DNA of 21,460 bases from Amoeboradix gromovi X-113 (Eukaryota > Fungi > Sanchytriomycota): contig JADGIF010000093.1 of NCBI GenBank assembly GCA_018985225.1, positions 1 through 21,460 on the forward strand, read 5' to 3'. The notes below the pieces were generated by a model. The model was not told where the DNA came from. It was given only the letters and a program-made list of their open reading frames with translations, and did no database searches. The number at the start of each line of letters is the position of its first letter. The first letter of the stretch is position 1. Made by a program: the position numbers and the translations under genes. Shown here piece by piece: positions 19,014 to 21,460 of the stretch.

Positions 19014-19166
19014 TGGTTTCCTCCAATTACTGTTACTATTACAAGAAAAGAAAGAACCCATCAGAAAATTGCATCATCGACTGTTATGAACATGTTAAGA
19101 AAAAGAGACAAGAGGATATCATACAGAAAGGTTGCAAGACCATTTAATGATGGTCATGTACCATAG
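19014..19166 (+). mobile_element. Possible IS630/Tc1/mariner transposase helix-turn-helix fragment
   Basis: KIASSTVMNMLRKRDKRISYRKV resembles the consensus IS.STV.R.L+..G.SY+K. No DDE core or inverted ends seen. Confidence 0.35.
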
Positions 19167-19396
19167 CGCCCTCAAAATTCCAAAATAGTATAAATGCAAT
19201 GAAGCAGATCCACAACTCAGTGAATTTATATGATTAGCAACAAAACAGCACAAAAACTAGTTAGTCTTATAAAAGGAGTATACATTGCAAGTTAATAAGA
19301 TTTGATGCTCTTCAAGTCATATTTCAGCCTGGTCCGTAACTTCTCCCAGTTTTTTAAGAATATGTCAATTTTATTGAAAGAAAAAAGATGGTTTAT

Positions 19397-20035
19397 TTAA
19401 TATTCTTGATAAATTTGCAAATTTGCGATTACCTCAAGTAACTGAATTATCCAATTTTTATCAAATGTTATTAGGAAACCAGAGTCCAAAGGCAATGGGG
19501 AGAAAACTACATCATGATACTGCGATTTAATGTTTTCAGTCATTTTAGGGCAATTCTTAACATCAATGATTGTATATGCCTGTAATGCAACTCTTAATAC
19601 TTGTGAGTAATGATCAGTAGAGACGCGATATTGATTTGCCAGTAGTTCCATTAATTCACGAATAACCGGATCAGACTCAATGTTCTCATACTCTTCAATG
19701 AAATTGTAGATACTTCGGATATTTTCATAGTCCAAATTCAACTCATTTTGAATATGTTCGGAAAACTCATTAACCAAATGATTCCATAAAACCGGAAATC
19801 TGTTAGCCAGCCAAGTTAAAATTACAGACTGGTGAAGAGATGGTGGCGCATCTGGAGACCCTGCAGATGCGGGGACGCTAGGAATTGGAGCTTTGTATTG
19901 CGCATGTAATTGGCGGTAGGCATCTGAACAGTTGAAAAGCCTTGATTCTATTTGAGCATACTCACTTTTGAATCGTTTATCAAACAGGTCAATAGACTGC
20001 TGCATCTCGTGCAATTTTAGTTGAACTGATTCCAT
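19397..20035 (-). CDS. Hypothetical protein, about 212 aa: coiled coil, Pro-rich linker, helical domain
   Basis: Long ORF. The probable start MESVQLKLHEMQQ at 20035 avoids overlap with the divergent gene at 20183. AATAAA lies right at the stop. Confidence 0.65.
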   Translation of the reverse strand: MESVQLKLHEMQQSIDLFDKRFKSEYAQIESRLFNCSDAYRQLHAQYKAPIPSVPASAGSPDAPPSLHQSVILTWLANRFPVLWNHLVNEFSEHIQNELNLDYENIRSIYNFIEEYENIESDPVIRELMELLANQYRVSTDHYSQVLRVALQAYTIIDVKNCPKMTENIKSQYHDVVFSPLPLDSGFLITFDKNWIIQLLEVIANLQIYQEY

Positions 20036-20182
20036 TTCGATTGTTTGGGACGTTGCTCTCCTCTTTCCCTCATTGGAAAGTTCAATTGGTCTTAATTGTA
20101 ATGCTTGCCGAGCACGAATTGGACAAGCTTTTTCGAAATTAAAAATATCAATACGAATGTAAAGAAAATTGGTTATTCTAAC

Positions 20183-20431
20183 ATGGAGAACGTAGAAGAC
20201 TTTATTGCAATAATAACTACAGCTGTAGATAACAGAGAAATTATAAGCTTCTCGACCAAAAAGTATCATCATGATCTTTTGATACGATTGAAGATTAAAA
20301 ACAAGTCATACAGAAGAATAGTTTCAAAAGATGAGTACAAGTCTTATATAATGTTGTTAGGGAACCGTGCATTTGTGCATCAAACAAGAGAACTTGGTAG
20401 CAAGCAAGATTCGCAAGAAATAATTGAATAA
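20183..20431 (+). CDS. Probable SRP Alu-domain protein (SRP14-like; SRP9/14 fold), 82 aa
   Basis: MENVEDFIAIIT...IISFSTKKY..DLLIRL..KNKSYRRIVSKDEYKSYIMLLGN follows the SRP14 pattern (EQFL..L...SV.IT.KKY...CLLRA...KKKISTVVSSKE..KF...YSN) with a short loop. Confidence 0.5.
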   Translation: MENVEDFIAIITTAVDNREIISFSTKKYHHDLLIRLKIKNKSYRRIVSKDEYKSYIMLLGNRAFVHQTRELGSKQDSQEIIE

Positions 20432-20432
20432 A

Positions 20433-21194
20433 CTATAATTTACTATTTTGTAGCATGCACGCGTTCCAGATTAGCATCGAGTCCAATCCTTGCTGAGTCG
20501 AATTGTTCAAGGCTTCAACTAAATATTTCTTAGTCCCGTGAACGGCAAATTTGTCTTTCTTTGCAATTTCCTCTGCCAGCTTCATTGCCGCACCAAACAT
20601 TTCAGATTTAGTCTCAAAAACCTGAGAGCACAATCCCATTTGAAATGCTTCCTCTCCGTTGAAAAATCTACCTGTAAAACATAGCTCTCTAACTAAGCTC
20701 TGGTTGCCGACAATCTTTGGAAGTCTTTGAAGTGTTCCCACGTCAGCTGCTAGACCGACGTCTATCTCTGCAACCGAAAACTTTGCGTCTTTTGTAGAAA
20801 AGCGGATGTCTACAGCAGATATCAAATCTATCCCTAGTCCAATACAGTATCCATGAACGCAAGCTATCACAGGAAAATGAAACTGTTCAAACAGACTAAA
20901 CGTAGATTGCCATTCCTTTAGAAAAGATTGAATGGCTAAGGACTTATGTGCTGGTGATTTATACTCATTTTTTAACTCAACTGGTAAGTTCTTCAGATCC
21001 AGCCCAGTTGTGAAGCTCTTACAATCCCCACCTTCAACTATTAGTGCATTGACATCTGCCGACTGAATACTTGTCAGCAGCCTACGTAATTCAGAAAAGT
21101 CGCCAGCATTAATGCAATTCTGTTTCGCTGCCTTATTGAGTGTCAAAATTCCAACTTTAGATTCTAAGAGCTTGAACAAAAACATGTGAGACAT
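20433..21194 (-). CDS. ECH1: Peroxisomal delta(3,5),delta(2,4)-dienoyl-CoA isomerase; start at 21194 or 21185
   Basis: FTTGLDL, HGYCIGLGIDLISAVDIR, EIDVGLAADVGTLQRLPKIVGNQSLVRELCFTGR and a C-terminal PTS1 (SKL). Confidence 0.93.
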   Translation of the reverse strand: MSHMFLFKLLESKVGILTLNKAAKQNCINAGDFSELRRLLTSIQSADVNALIVEGGDCKSFTTGLDLKNLPVELKNEYKSPAHKSLAIQSFLKEWQSTFSLFEQFHFPVIACVHGYCIGLGIDLISAVDIRFSTKDAKFSVAEIDVGLAADVGTLQRLPKIVGNQSLVRELCFTGRFFNGEEAFQMGLCSQVFETKSEMFGAAMKLAEEIAKKDKFAVHGTKKYLVEALNNSTQQGLDSMLIWNACMLQNSKL

Positions 21195-21215
21195 CAAATA
21201 TAAAAACTAGACAAG
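21188..21215 (+). repeat. Further copy of the transposon-end motif, overlapping the ECH1 start
   Basis: GAGACATCAAATATAAAAACTAGACAAG compared with GGGACACCAAATATAAAAACTAGACTAA at 21392. Confidence 0.8.
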
Positions 21216-21391
21216 TCGAAAATTCTGTTGTTTCAAGTATGGTAAATTTAGATTTCTAAGCGATGGGGATATCAAAACATAACAACTAAACTAAATTGCT
21301 CAATATATGCGAACAAATGATAAAGGGCTAGGCTGAAAGAGAAAAAATGATAACACAATATTTTGCGTAGCCATTTGGTGATATACTTTTT

Positions 21392-21460
21392 GGGACACCA
21401 AATATAAAAACTAGACTAACTCGTTTTTAAAGGAGGTGCTCCATACGGAGGAAATGCTAT
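21392..21460 (+). mobile_element. Left end of another family copy, running off the window edge
   Basis: Begins GGGACACCAAATATAAAAACTAGAC and stays 90% identical to the inverted copy at 15900-15967 up to the last base of the window. Confidence 0.7.

Noticed and set aside
20036-20272. N-terminal 79 codons of ORF 19397-20272
   Set aside because: They overlap the divergent SRP14-like gene and look non-coding; the start was reassigned to 20035.
110-21194. Non-standard genetic code (TAA/TAG read as Gln, as in Amoeboaphelidium protococcarum)
   Set aside because: Conserved genes have no internal TAA/TAG, and VPS28 and APN2 end in TAA at the expected C-termini. In-frame stops occur only in decayed elements or an intron.
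1-21460. CRISPR array, tRNA or rRNA genes
   Set aside because: No regularly spaced repeats near the RuvC gene or elsewhere, and no cloverleaf or rRNA-like sequence recognised.

Overview
This is AT-rich, very gene-dense eukaryotic nuclear DNA in the standard genetic code; TAA and TGA both end recognisable genes. The genes are divergent and opisthokont/fungal-like, and an axonemal EFHC1/Rib72 gene points to a zoosporic, early-diverging fungus-like organism (inference). Housekeeping genes in order: PPOX/HEM14, MLH1, TVP38, a RABL3-like GTPase, an ECHDC1-like crotonase, RAV2/ROGDI, a C2H2 zinc-finger protein, a PROPPIN (Atg18/Hsv2), CDC23, a small single-pass membrane protein, VPS28, APN2/APEX2, EFHC1, an unknown protein, an SRP14-like protein and ECH1 (ends in SKL). 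Three things stand out. (1) A decayed ~2.0-kb DNA transposon (about 7079-9109) is bounded by imperfect GGG...CCC inverted ends. It carries a Fanzor1 (TnpB-derived RNA-guided nuclease) pseudogene on the + strand and a convergent Sola-like transposase remnant on the - strand, with a short hairpin-forming spacer where an omegaRNA would be expected. (2) The same end motif (GRGACAY-N9-AAACTAGAC) recurs at about 15941-15968, 21188-21215 and 21392-21460, which suggests a multi-copy family. (3) Ultra-short GT-AG introns of 21 and 22 nt are needed to restore two genes. A MITE-like element with perfect 21-bp inverted repeats and other transposon or pseudogene debris fills the larger intergenic gaps. All family assignments come from motif recognition by eye; no database searches were run.
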